Below, one piece after another: positions 19,501 to 28,588 of a DNA stretch of 28,588 nucleotides. This DNA comes from Paraspadella gotoi (lineage: Eukaryota > Animalia > Chaetognatha). Each line of letters begins with the position of its first letter. Within the stretch, counting starts at the first letter, position 1. The stretch spans positions 1,944,391 to 1,972,978 of the forward strand of contig CM119267.1 of the NCBI GenBank assembly GCA_051294375.1, in the 5' to 3' direction. The notes below the pieces were generated by a model, which searched no databases, was not told the DNA's origin, and saw only the letters and a program-made list of their open reading frames with translations. Both the position numbers and the translations under genes were made by a program.

Positions 19501-20127
19501 GGCGTCAAACCGCCACTTACGGCGCCGTATACTGGCCCTTATCGCGTGGTAGCAAGGGACAATTTAAATTTCCGGGTTGAGATACCTGGCCGAGGAGTGG
19601 AAACAATAGCAATCGCTCGAATCAAGCCTGCAACGATCTGGAGGGACGAGAACGGCGACGAGGAGATTTTCCAACCTCCACCCCCACCTTCTCCTCCCCC
19701 TCGCGGGCGTCGCCCGGGTCCTCGCACTCGTCTCCCGGCGCCAACCACACGCCAAACAAGATCGTCAACCCGTATCCAAAAAACAGCTCCACAGCCTCGA
19801 ATGGAAGCCATCGTCGACAATCAAAGTGACGACTACGAGAACCAGTTCCCAGCACTTCCCACTACTTTCTCGAAAACGACGCCAGCGTCATCAGCACCCA
19901 CGCCCACTTCCGGTCAGGGAAAAGACGCGACCGAGGCGTCAAACGCAACAGCAGCAAATCTCCCTTTCGGCGCCCCTTGTCCGTCACCAGGCGTCGATCC
20001 GACGCCATCGCACCAACCACGCCGAACCTCCGAGCGTCTCGCGAAGGCGGCGTCAAGCAAAACCATAAACTCTTCTATTAGACCGAACTACAATTCTGTG
20101 CTCCGACACTTCCTAAACCTACCATAA
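16531..20127 (+). CDS. pol: Pol polyprotein (protease, RT, RNase H, integrase with GPY/F), uninterrupted
   Basis: Motifs: WLVDGGA (PR); WRVCGDFRRLN, KVDLLKGYHQI, PFGLKNA, YLDD (RT); TDAS, DRELF, TDH, NVVADALSR (RH); HGLGH...CIPC, VDI, TDRGAQF, NGLVER (IN); PYTGPY. The ORF track start at 16453 is a non-ATG codon; expression is probably via the frameshift. Confidence 0.97.
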   Translation, partial: GKRPSGTATVNAVPRTNSNSPDANYLLHVVDASDGRHWLVDGGALLSLIPPTPEQKAAGPTGAQLQAANGSPIACYGVAHRRITLGPRIFPFDVLIADVTQNILGADFLAEYFLAPNHRDGLLLDLKDFSTIPCSVTRGSPPSHVNFVSQAEDTYYKLLDGFPTLLTPSFELKEPKHGVRHHIPTYGRPCQARARRLPPEKLAVAKAELEKMVSLGIAKRAKSSWSSPILTVPKADGGWRVCGDFRRLNAKTMDDRYPVKLLTDFNAELSGKKIFSKVDLLKGYHQIPVADEDVAKTAVITPFGLYVFLRTPFGLKNAGQDFQRMMDEILGDIPHTFVYLDDILVASEDKEQHLHDLEQVFSALADNGLVVNRQKCVLGKESLEFLGYQVDATGVKPLPQKVEAIRATNPPTTIKELQRFLGMVNYYRRFLPNAAHHASALYDALKGKPKQLIWTPRCATAFDAVKDALANAALLRHPRTNAQLAVTTDASDYAVGAVLEQRTDQGWEPLAFFSAKLDEAQRRWPPFDRELFGAFRAVRHFKHWIEGRAFTLYTDHQSLIHALHKRAEPQTTRHNFQLSVISEFTTDIRHVRGKANVVADALSRPNPPPIVAPADRPTNPPISLVDRPVTPEKTEDLQATINAIGQEGIDLEEMARHQAIDKDFQAISKDARSGLSFRKVTVGNQKLLVDVSNGPARPFVPQAWRRKVFDAVHGLGHPGVARTRETLTSKFVWPSIKADASRWARECIPCQQAKVTRHIVPNIGEFKVPQRRFDHINVDITIMPASNGYGYLLTVVDRFTRWPAALPMKDMKTDTVVDTLVHGWIAHFGVPSDITTDRGAQFVSSIWTQLTKTWGIRHHLTAAYHPQANGLVERFHRRLKEALIALGNEQPHQWYWRLPSALLAIRTTVKADLGASPADLVFGEGLAVPGEIPGQPIDDDELQNQRRRLRDNLRVEVERLQPVETSTHRLPNVHLPDSLVDATHVFIQRSGVKPPLTAPYTGPYRVVARDNLNFRVEIPGRGVETIAIARIKPATIWRDENGDEEIFQPPPPPSPPPRGRRPGPRTRLPAPTTRQTRSSTRIQKTAPQPRMEAIVDNQSDDYENQFPALPTTFSKTTPASSAPTPTSGQGKDATEASNATAANLPFGAPCPSPGVDPTPSHQPRRTSERLAKAASSKTINSSIRPNYNSVLRHFLNLP

Positions 20128-20301
20128 GTTGCGTTACAAACAATTTATGATATAATTCATAGCATACCTTATGTAATTGTATATAGATATTCAACTAATT
20201 AACACTTTTTAATATTTTTTTTACTTTATTTAATCTCTAGTTCAATACTAATCCATGAGCCCAATCGTTCCTTAAATACTCCTTAACTGTATTTTTCGTC
20301 T

Positions 20302-20308
20302 GGGGGGG
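20302..20308 (+). promoter_or_regulatory. Polypurine tract
   Basis: GGGGGGG one base before the 3' LTR. Confidence 0.8.
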
Positions 20309-20309
20309 T

Positions 20310-20872
20310 TGTAGTCTTGAACCCCAGATTTCCTGGCCATCATCGATTCTGGCCAGCGGGTGGCCATATTGAATCTTTATTTATTCCATGATTAGAAAAC
20401 CTTTCATTATTAATCACAACTTTTACTGTTAGCCTTTTGTTGTAATAGACAAAAGATCAACCTAGTAAACAGTCAGCTGATTCCTCCATTTTAATTCTAT
20501 TTGTTTACTTGAAGCACCTAAAAGGAGATCAATTAATGGAACAAGCTCATTGATCATCTACTATCGTTAATGAATAACTCTTTTATTTATTGTTTAATTA
20601 ATTGATTAATTAATTGTTTTTATTGCATTGTTGTTTGCATATAGATATTACTTATGCTATTTAGCCTATGGAATATCTATATGCTTTGATTATTTTATTA
20701 AGGTTTATTTTATTAACTAACCAAGCAAGTTGGTTATCTTCATTCTAAGTCTCGAACTTTAATTAACGTCAATTGACGCCACAAGCGCAAACGTCACGCC
20801 ACTCCCGCTCAATTCCTGCAGACGATAGATGGCATTGCAGAAACCGTTGTACTTCAATTCACGCCATCTACA
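20310..20872 (+). repeat. 3' LTR (563 bp)
   Basis: Direct repeat of 14811-15373 with TG...CA ends. Confidence 0.97.
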
Positions 20873-20997
20873 TGTATATACAGGATGTATTAATAAATCA
20901 AATAATTAATCAGTTAATTAATCAATTAGTTAATTAATTAATCAATAATTAATTAATCAGTCAATCAATCCGTCCATCCGTCCCACCTTAGCAAAAA

Positions 20998-21097
20998 NNN
21001 NNNNNNNNNNNNNNNNNNNNNNNNNNNNNNNNNNNNNNNNNNNNNNNNNNNNNNNNNNNNNNNNNNNNNNNNNNNNNNNNNNNNNNNNNNNNNNNNN
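20998..21097. other. Assembly gap (100 N)
   Basis: Run of N. Confidence 0.99.
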
Positions 21098-22699
21098 TGA
21101 GATCTCAGATCAAATTATGCAAATTGACCAAGTTATGCAAGTTGGTATACGCGCAGCTACAGCCTACTGGTAATGATAAATAAATTAATTGATTTATGGA
21201 ATTTTTCATAGATTTATTAAAAAGTCTGTTACCATTTGTTATGTTACGATTAGTGATGATCTGTTAAGATCACAAATTGAAAGTCAAAACGAATTATCGT
21301 GATTTATTATCGGATTAGCTTATTACCGGTAAATTATCGTAGGCAGATCCGAGATTGTTTGATCAAACTTGTTTTAAAATTCTCAAAGTCAAAAATTGCA
21401 ACAAAAAAAACCCTATTATTTTAAGCTGTAAATTATTAAGTTATTATATTACAATTTTTATTTTGATATTACTTTATATGAATCAATATCACCGCTAAAT
21501 TTTAATTTGATAACAAAGTAGAGAAGCGGCTTCGTAAGATTTCGAATCAAGGCGAAGTGTGATTGTCTGACGAAATGTGATAAAATGGGAGGAGGAGAAA
21601 AAAGTGTGAATTTGACTTCAGGAGGCGGAAACGAGTGAAAACTGTGAAAACTTTGACAATCACGGTTCCTTCTTTTTCGGTGAAACAAACGTAAATTAAA
21701 TTCTTTTTTACTTCCATCAGTGAAAAAAGGAAAATAAAAGTGAGTTTATCAGGGAAACTTAAATCCAAGAAGGCGAGGGAGAGAGGGGTATGGGTGAGAG
21801 AGAGAGAGATGAGAGAGAGAAGAGAGAGAGAAGAGAGGGAGAGAGAGAGATAGAAGAGAGAGAGAAGAGAGAAGGAAGAGAGAAGAGAGAGAACTGCCTC
21901 GAGGAGGGAGTTGCCTCAGAGCGGAGCGGCGAAAAGGAGGTCGAGGTGTAGCGGGGGTGAAGGGGATGGTGTGGCAGGGGTGGGAAGGTGTGCGGAGTGA
22001 GACTGGTGGCAGGAATGGGGAGGTGGCAGTGGTGGCAAAGGGTAGGGAGGTGGCAAGGGGGGAGTGCAAAGGATGGGTGGAGACTGTCCGTATTGCAAGA
22101 GGGGAATATCGGCCGCGGGTTTGAAAACCGACCGACTGAGGGCGGCGCAGCCTTAAAAAAGGAAGGCTGTTAATGACATGACTGTCTCATGTTCGAGACA
22201 TTAATATCTCATGTCTACGACGGTGATCGTCTATCAGTCGTTGGCTCTTGACGAAATATAACAAATAAAATCGAGGCCAAAGTTCGAATTTAAAATTTAA
22301 ATTAAAACTTTTTTCGATTAAATTTTTTTTTCACTAAAAAATTCGTGACTGTTTGGAAAAAAATTTTTCGTTTTGTTTTCTTTAAAAATTCGAATTTACG
22401 AAGTTTATTGTTTGGTTCTTTGTTTTTTTGGTTTTTTTTTTGTTCGTTTTTATTTTTATTTTTAATCAGAAATTTGAATGAAACGTGTTTGTTTTTTTTT
22501 TAGTTTTTAAATAGAATATCCTACTTTGGTTCTTAACTAGTAATTTTTAAATAATTAATTTTAATTAAAATAATTAATTAAATATCTTTAAATTAATTAA
22601 TTTTAACGTTTTATTGTTTGGCGTTTGGACCATCATTTTTTTGCCGATTTAATTACATTGTTTCATTATCATTATTCTTTTTTGCTGTTTGAAATTTGA

Positions 22700-22869
22700 G
22701 AGGTAATAACGAAAAAATCCGCTTGTAACAGCAATTTAGTTTTTATTATAATGGACATGTTTCGACTCTTATTCTCATTGCTGGTGAAGACTCGTAATAA
22801 GAGTCGAAACATGTCCATATATAATAAAAACTAAATTGCTGTTACAACGGATTTTTTCGTTATTACCTC
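22700..22869. repeat. Long inverted repeat (~74-bp arms, ~22-nt loop); second copy at 24730-24899
   Basis: GAGGTAATAACGAAAAAATCCG...CATGTTTCGACTCTTATT / AATAAGAGTCGAAACATG...CGGATTTTTTCGTTATTACCTC. Confidence 0.92.
22777..22820 (+). ncRNA. Degenerate minimal type I hammerhead ribozyme-like motif (Penelope-like pLTR remnant)
   Basis: CTGGTGA-A-GACTC-gtaataa-GAGTC-GAAAC-AT-GTC followed by AATAAA. The core has G where CTGANGA has A, and stem I is weak. Confidence 0.55.
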
Positions 22870-23865
22870 ATTTAATTATATATCAAAATGACTTTGCCTT
22901 CAAAAATTGTAAATCCACTACTATATTAATTGAAATATCCGGAAAAAATAAAAAATACCATTGTTTGATAACTATAAATATAATAAATAAATAAATATAA
23001 CACAAATGTGGCGAACTAAATTAAATTTTTTTCTGACTAAAAAAAAAATTGTTGTTTAAANNNNNNNNNNNNNNNNNNNNNNNNNTTATAAGGCAGAGAG
23101 AGATGTTGACAATTATGCATGTCTACAGTTTGATCTAGATCTCAGATCAAATTTATGCAAATTGACCAAGTTATGCAAGTTGGTATGAGCGCGCAGCTAC
23201 AGCTTACTGGTAATGATAAATAATTAATTTGATTTATGGAATTTTTTCATAGATTTATTAAAAAAGTCTGTTACGCGATTTGTTATGTTACGATTAGTGA
23301 GATAGCTGTTAAGATCACAAAATTGAAAGTCAAAACGAATTATCGTGGATTTACGAAATTAGCTTATTACCGGTAAATTATCGTAGGCAGATCCGAGATT
23401 GTTTGATCAAACTTTGTTTTAGAAATTCTCAAAGTCAAAATTGCAAAAAAAAAACCCATAATTTTAAGCTGTAAATATTAAGTTATTATATTATAATTTT
23501 TATTTTGATATACTTTATATGAATCAATATCACCGCTAAATTTTAATTTGATAACAAAGTAGAGAAGCGGCTTCGTAAGATTTCGAATCAAGGCGAAGTG
23601 TGATTGTCTGACGAATGTGATAAAATGGGAGGAGGAGAAAAAAGTGTGAATTTGACTTCAGGAGGCGGAAACGACTGAGTAAAACTGTGAAAACTTTGAC
23701 AATCACGGTTCTTTCTTTTTCGGTGAAACAAAGTAAATTAAATTCTTTTTTTCTTCCATCAGTGAAAAAGGAAAATAAAAGTGAGTTTATCAGGGAAACT
23801 TTAATCCAGAGGCGAGGGAGGAGAGGGGTAAGGTGGAGAGAGAAAGAGCGAGAAGGAGAGAGAGA

Positions 23866-23896
<31 letters not shown>

Positions 23897-25369
23897 GAGA
23901 AGAGAGAGGAGTAGAGAGAGAGAGAGCAGAGACTGAACTCATCGAGGAGGGAGTGCGCTCAGAGCGGAGCGGCGAAAAGGAGGTCGAGGTGTAGGCGGGG
24001 GTGAAGGGGAGGTGGCAGGGGTGGGAAGTGTGGCAGGAGGTGGAGACTGGTGGCAGGAATGGGGAGGTGGCAGTGGTGGCAGAGGGTAGGGAGGTGGCAG
24101 GGGGAGTGCAAAGGATGGGTGGAGACTGTCCGATTGCAAAGGGGAATTCGGCCGCAGGGTTTGAAACACCGACCGACTGAGGGCGGCGCACTTAAAAGGA
24201 AGGCTGTTAATGACATGACTGTCTCATGTTCGAGGACATTAATATCTCATGTCTACGACGTGATGGTCTATCAGTCGTTGGCTCTGACGAATATAACAAA
24301 TAAATCGAGGCCAAAGTTCGAATTTTAAAATTTAAATTAAAACTTTTTTCGATTAATTTTTTTTTCACTAAAAAATTCGTGACATTTTGAAAAAATATTT
24401 TCGTTTTGTTTTCTTTAAAAATTCGAATTTACGAAGTTTATGTGTTGGTTCTTTGTTTTTTGGTTTTTTTTTGCTTCGTTTTTTATTTTTTTTCTATCAG
24501 AAATTGAATGAAACGTGTTTGTTTTTTTTAGTTTTTAAATAGAATATCCTACTTTGGTTCTTAACTAGTAATTTTAAAATAATTAATTTTAATTTAAATA
24601 ATTAATTAAATCATTTTAAATTAATTAATTTTAACGTTTTATTGTTTTGGCGTTCGGACGTCATTTTTTCCGCATTTAATTATCATTGTTTCATTATCAT
24701 TATTCTTTTTTGCTGTTTGAATTATTTGAGAGGTAAATACGAAAAAATCCGCTTGTAACAGCAATTTAGTTTTTATTATATGGACATGTTTCGACTCTTA
24801 TTCATTGTGCTGGTGAAGACTCGTAATAAGAGTCGAAACACTGTCATTATAATAAAAACTAATTGCTGTTACAAACGGATTTTTTCGTTATTACCACTCA
24901 TTTTAATTATCAATAATGACTTTGCTTCCAAAAATTGTAAATCCCACTACTATATTAATTGAATATCCGGAAAAAAATTAAAAATACCATTGTTTGATAA
25001 CTATAAATAATAATAAATAAATAAATAAAACACAATGTGGCGAACTAATTAAATTATTTCTGACTTAAAAAAAAATTGTTAAAATTTTAAAAAGAATTTA
25101 TTTGTAAAAGTAAATCCCTTCCTATAAGAATCCTGATTTGTTTTGTTGTCGAGTTCTGCTCCGAGTGATCATTTGTTTCTCGGATTTAAGTTTCTGTTTT
25201 CTCCGCATTACACAAGCGACGCGCTGCGGTCGCTTTTCCCGCGAAAATCTTCGACGCAAATCAACTTAATGTCCTGAATTAATTTCTGCTCAACGGATTC
25301 ATTTTACATAAGGAATGACCAGAGGCCCGGACCAAGACTGTCGCTGGCCGCGGCGGGCATGAGGGTCTC

Positions 25370-26035
25370 GACTCTCTCTCTCTCTCTCTCTCTCTCATCT
25401 CTCTTCTCTCTCTTGTCTCTCTCTCTCTTACCTCTCCTCTAACCCGAAACCGCCTCCCTCATTTCCTAATTCCTCACCTTTTTCCTTCTTCTTTCTCTTT
25501 TCCTCCAAATTTCCTCCCTCTCCTTTTTTTTATATTTGTTTCTTTCTCTCCTTTTTTAATATTATATTTTTTTTATTTTCTTTAATTAACTACTTCTTCC
25601 CCCATTTAGTTTTCTCATTCCTTTTTTGTTTCTTCTTCCTTTTTCTTCGCTTTCTCCGCTAAATTTCTCCCTCTCTAATCCCTTTTTTTCCTTTCCTCCC
25701 TCTCTAATCCCTTTCTTTCCTTTCCTCCCTCTTTAATCGCTTTCTTTCCTTTCCTCCCTCTCTAATCCTTTTCTTTCCTTTCCTCACTCTCTAATCTCTT
25801 TCTTTCCTTTTTTTCCTTCATCTTAGCACCTTGTATACTTTTTAAAACTAATTCCGGAACTCTTTTTTCTTTTCTCTACTCCTTTCCCCATTACCCACTT
25901 TTCTCTCTTCCTTCCTCTCTCTTCCTTTCTCTTCTTCTCTCTTCAACCTCTCTCTTCCCCCTTTCCTCACTCCTTCCCTTTCCTCTCTCTTCCTCTCTCC
26001 CCCACCTCTCTCTTTCCCCTCATTTCTCCCCCCCT
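25370..26035. repeat. Pyrimidine tract including a ~29-bp minisatellite (TTTCTCCCTCTCTAATCCCTTTCTTTCC-like, ~5 copies, 25662-25810)
   Basis: Visible tandem units. Confidence 0.8.
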
Positions 26036-26159
26036 ACCGGGTCTCAAAGACTCCCTTATGGCCATCGTAAACTTTATTGCTACAATTACATCTCGTCTCG
26101 GGCAACAAATGCCCCGTCGCGCCACCGAGTCAGTTAACTCGACGAAAGACCCAACTTTT

Positions 26160-26595
26160 GGGGAGGGGGCCGGGTTAGAAGGGAGGGGGTATTTGGGGGG
26201 GCAGTTAGAGGGGTAGGGGTTAGAGGGGGTTTGTAGGACAGGGGGGAAAGAAAAGGAAGAGAGGAAATGAAAAGAAAAAAAAAGGGGGAAGAGGAGAGAA
26301 GAAAAGTGAGAAAAGAGAGGAGGAAAGGAGATGAAAGAGGAGGAAAGGAGATAGGAGATAAAGAGAAAGGAAAAGAGAGAAAAGGATAGAGAAGATAAAA
26401 AGAGGAGGAAAGGAGATAGGAGATAAAGAGAAAGGAAAAGAGAGAAAATGATAGAGGAGATAAAAATAGGAGGAAAGAAGATATGAGATAAAGAGAAAGG
26501 AAAGGAGAAAAAAGGATAGAGGATATAAAAAGAAGAGAAAAGGAGATAAAGAGAAACTAAATAGGAGGAAAGGAGAGAAGTGTAATCAGAAAGGA
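26160..26595. repeat. Purine tract: G-run block, then a ~65-bp GA-rich minisatellite
   Basis: Recurring GAGGAGGAAAGGAGATAGGAGATAAAGAGAAAGGAAAAGAGAGAAAA units. Confidence 0.75.
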
Positions 26596-26760
26596 AAGCA
26601 GTTTAGTTTATCTCTCGGTTCCAGTTTCATGCCAGAGACTTTAGTCGGAACAAAATTGGATGCAATTATGGCGATTTAGACTTAGTTATTTAGCTATTTA
26701 TGAATAAAGGTTGAATAGCGAAAAAGTAAAAAATATATATGATTTAACGAACAATTGTTT

Positions 26761-26888
<128 letters not shown>

Positions 26889-28289
26889 AATTTGATGCAC
26901 AGTGACAAAAGGTGACGCGACCGTCATTGTTATGTAAATCTTAAGATTCGAACCCGCGACGTTTGAAATCCTTTCGTCGAAACCGCCGACACACAATAGC
27001 GTCGGCATTGCAATTCCATTGTGTCGGCAACGCGTCGGCGATCGAAAATGGGCGCGGCCTCTCCGGCGGAGGTGACGCCGAGGTTGACACGAGCGTGACA
27101 GGAGCGTGACACGAAGAATCCCGAGTCGAGTCCAAACTGTCAAAGTTCCTTTCATCTTTTGCATCAAAGATTTGAAATCGAGAAAATTTTCAATTTGATA
27201 AAAAAAAAATTTTTTTTTAAAAAGATTTTTTTTCTGTCATTTTTTTTAATATTTTTTTTCTTTTCTTTTGTATTTTTTTAACTTTTCTTTCTGTCCCTTT
27301 TTTTTAATTTCACTTTTTCTTTCTGTTTTTCTTTCTTTCTTTCTTGCCGATTCTCTCCACTTTTAATTTTTAAGTCATTTTATGTCAATTTCAGTCGTTT
27401 TACGTCGCTTTTTATGTCACTTGACGTCATCTAACATAAATTATCTTTCATATTTTTCTTTATTAAATAATCTTACTTTTTCGATTCCTTCGTTCAAAAA
27501 CATTTGTCTCAAGTCAGTCTGTCCGTGAGTCGTCCTCCTTCCCATCGAGTGATGTATTTCTCTCTTTTGTGAGACTCACAGTAGTTTTTATGTCCCGATT
27601 TTGACTTTTGTCGTCGACTCGCGACGAGGTGCCCATCCAATGCCTTTTGTCCCTTCACAGTCCCAGTCCTCTGACGACCACGCTCTTGTCAGTAACATTC
27701 TTTTTTTCGCGGAGCAGCTCTTTTAGTTACTTTTAGGTCGGTCGGTCGGTATATCTGTCCATCGGTCTGTCCCACTTACGTTAAAAATTCTCATAACTTG
27801 CATATACTCGGTTGCTCATTTGTTAAGACAGAAAAAAACATCAAATCTAAGTGACTGCTTGCGCCGCCTTCAGGAAATCTTAAAACTATAAAGAATAAAA
27901 GACGGAATTCCAATTGTCATAAATACAAATACAATATAAATACAATACAATATAAATGTAATACATAATTTTGATTCAACCTTTTCCCCTTTATAATACG
28001 ATTCGCTGTCTTCTGAACGTTATAAATATCTCCCTGATTATTTTCACATTTGATTAAACAGTTTTTTAGTAATTTCGTTTCTTTTCATTACTGTACATTA
28101 TATCTCCTACTTACTTTTAAGCTATTTTGGTTAATCCACTTAATCTTTCTTCGTCCTATTCATTTTTCCCCTTTTTCTCTTTCCCTCTTCCTCCCCCCTC
28201 TCTTCCTTCTCCTCCCCTCCTCTTCCTCCCCCTCCTTCTCCTCTCCCCCCTTCCTCCTCCTCCTACCTTCCTCCATCCCCACCCGTGGT

Positions 28290-28588
28290 TTTGTGGCTTT
28301 TTTCGTCCAATTCTGTGACCCTCGAATTCGCACACGCAAGTCCATTGGTGCCACGGATCCTTTAGCGTCCGGCAGGCCGCGACCGTAACGTCTGAAAAAG
28401 CGTGCCTCTTCCGTCTATAGGGCTGACGGACCTAAATCCCGCCTGTAAATCTAAATCAAGCGAATACTTGTCAGAAAGGCCTGCCGCCTGTAGGGCCTGT
28501 CTTACATCGCCTCGTGAGATCTGAGCTACTCGTTGCGGAGCCTTCGGGGGAGAGTTAAGCGCGGCCGGTCTATTACTTAACTATTTTC
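28290..28588 (-). mobile_element. Possible decayed 3' end of an RTE-like LINE
   Basis: Minus-strand open frame NRPAALNSPPKAPQR...DVRQALQAAGLSDKYSLDLDLQAGFRSV loosely resembles RTE C-termini (D-V-x-x-D-L-x-x-A-G...W-R-S). It is followed on that strand by a GGA/GAA simple-repeat tract. Confidence 0.3.

Larger units (their letters stand above)
14811..20872 (+). mobile_element. Ty3/Gypsy LTR retrotransposon, CsRn1/Kabuki/Boudicca-like, 6062 bp
   Basis: Paired LTRs, PBS, gag, pol in PR-RT-RH-IN order, and PPT. The CHCC Gag knuckle and tRNA-Trp-like PBS are hallmarks of the CsRn1 clade. Confidence 0.97.
21100..25080 (+). repeat. ~1.95-kb tandem duplication (21100-23053 vs 23137-25080) across a 25-N gap (23061-23085)
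   Basis: Colinear copies differing mostly by 1-2 nt indels. Confidence 0.95.

Noticed and set aside
15458-20068. Short antisense and alternate-frame ORFs within gag/pol
   Set aside because: These are expected shadows of GC-rich coding sequence with no recognisable motifs.
19640-20300. env gene or chromodomain
   Set aside because: No third ORF fits between the pol stop (20127) and the PPT, and the tail lacks chromodomain aromatic residues and TM segments.
21749-24328. Pro-rich and Gly/Trp-rich ORFs
   Set aside because: They are translations of G-rich and GA tracts, and the frames are not conserved between the two duplicate copies.
25370-26595. Large inverted repeat between the CT and GA tracts
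   Set aside because: The minisatellite units are not reverse complements; only the composition is mirrored.
26944-26960. tRNA gene or SINE (minus-strand GGTTCGAATC B-box)
   Set aside because: There is no A-box or cloverleaf at the expected spacing.
28460-28510. Tyrosine recombinase fragment (VRQALQAAGLSDKYS)
   Set aside because: It lacks the following H-S-x-R catalytic motif.

Overview
AT-rich eukaryotic (most likely metazoan) DNA from a noisy draft assembly, with three N gaps (25, 100 and 25 nt). It has four zones. (1) 1-9438 is a compact, gene-dense cassette largely missed by the ORF track because of short GT-AG introns and many 1-2 nt indels. It holds two paralogous six-exon minus-strand genes (RING finger + coiled coil; the complete copy ends in a PC4-like ssDNA-binding domain), several small orphan genes, two related hairpins, and two arrays of TGACGTCA (CRE) + CCGGAAGT (ETS) motifs, each followed by a similar ...TCTCTTA motif. 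I infer a fragment of an endogenous DNA-virus-like or transposon-like element, but no capsid, polymerase, helicase or recombinase gene is visible, so this is unproven. (2) 9.4-14.8 kb is microsatellite-rich intronic/intergenic DNA with at most two weak exon candidates. (3) 14811-20872 is a young, near-intact Ty3/Gypsy LTR retrotransposon of the CsRn1 type (563-bp LTRs, tRNA-Trp-like PBS, CHCC Gag, GGGAAAC -1 frameshift plus hairpin, PR-RT-RH-IN, PPT), with no target-site duplication. (4) 21.1-28.6 kb holds a ~1.95-kb tandem duplication across a 25-N gap (probably artefactual), containing a long palindrome with a minimal hammerhead-like motif (Penelope-like remnant), followed by CT/GA tracts, two enhancer-like islands and a possible LINE 3' fragment. 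All protein assignments are by-eye motif recognition, not database searches.
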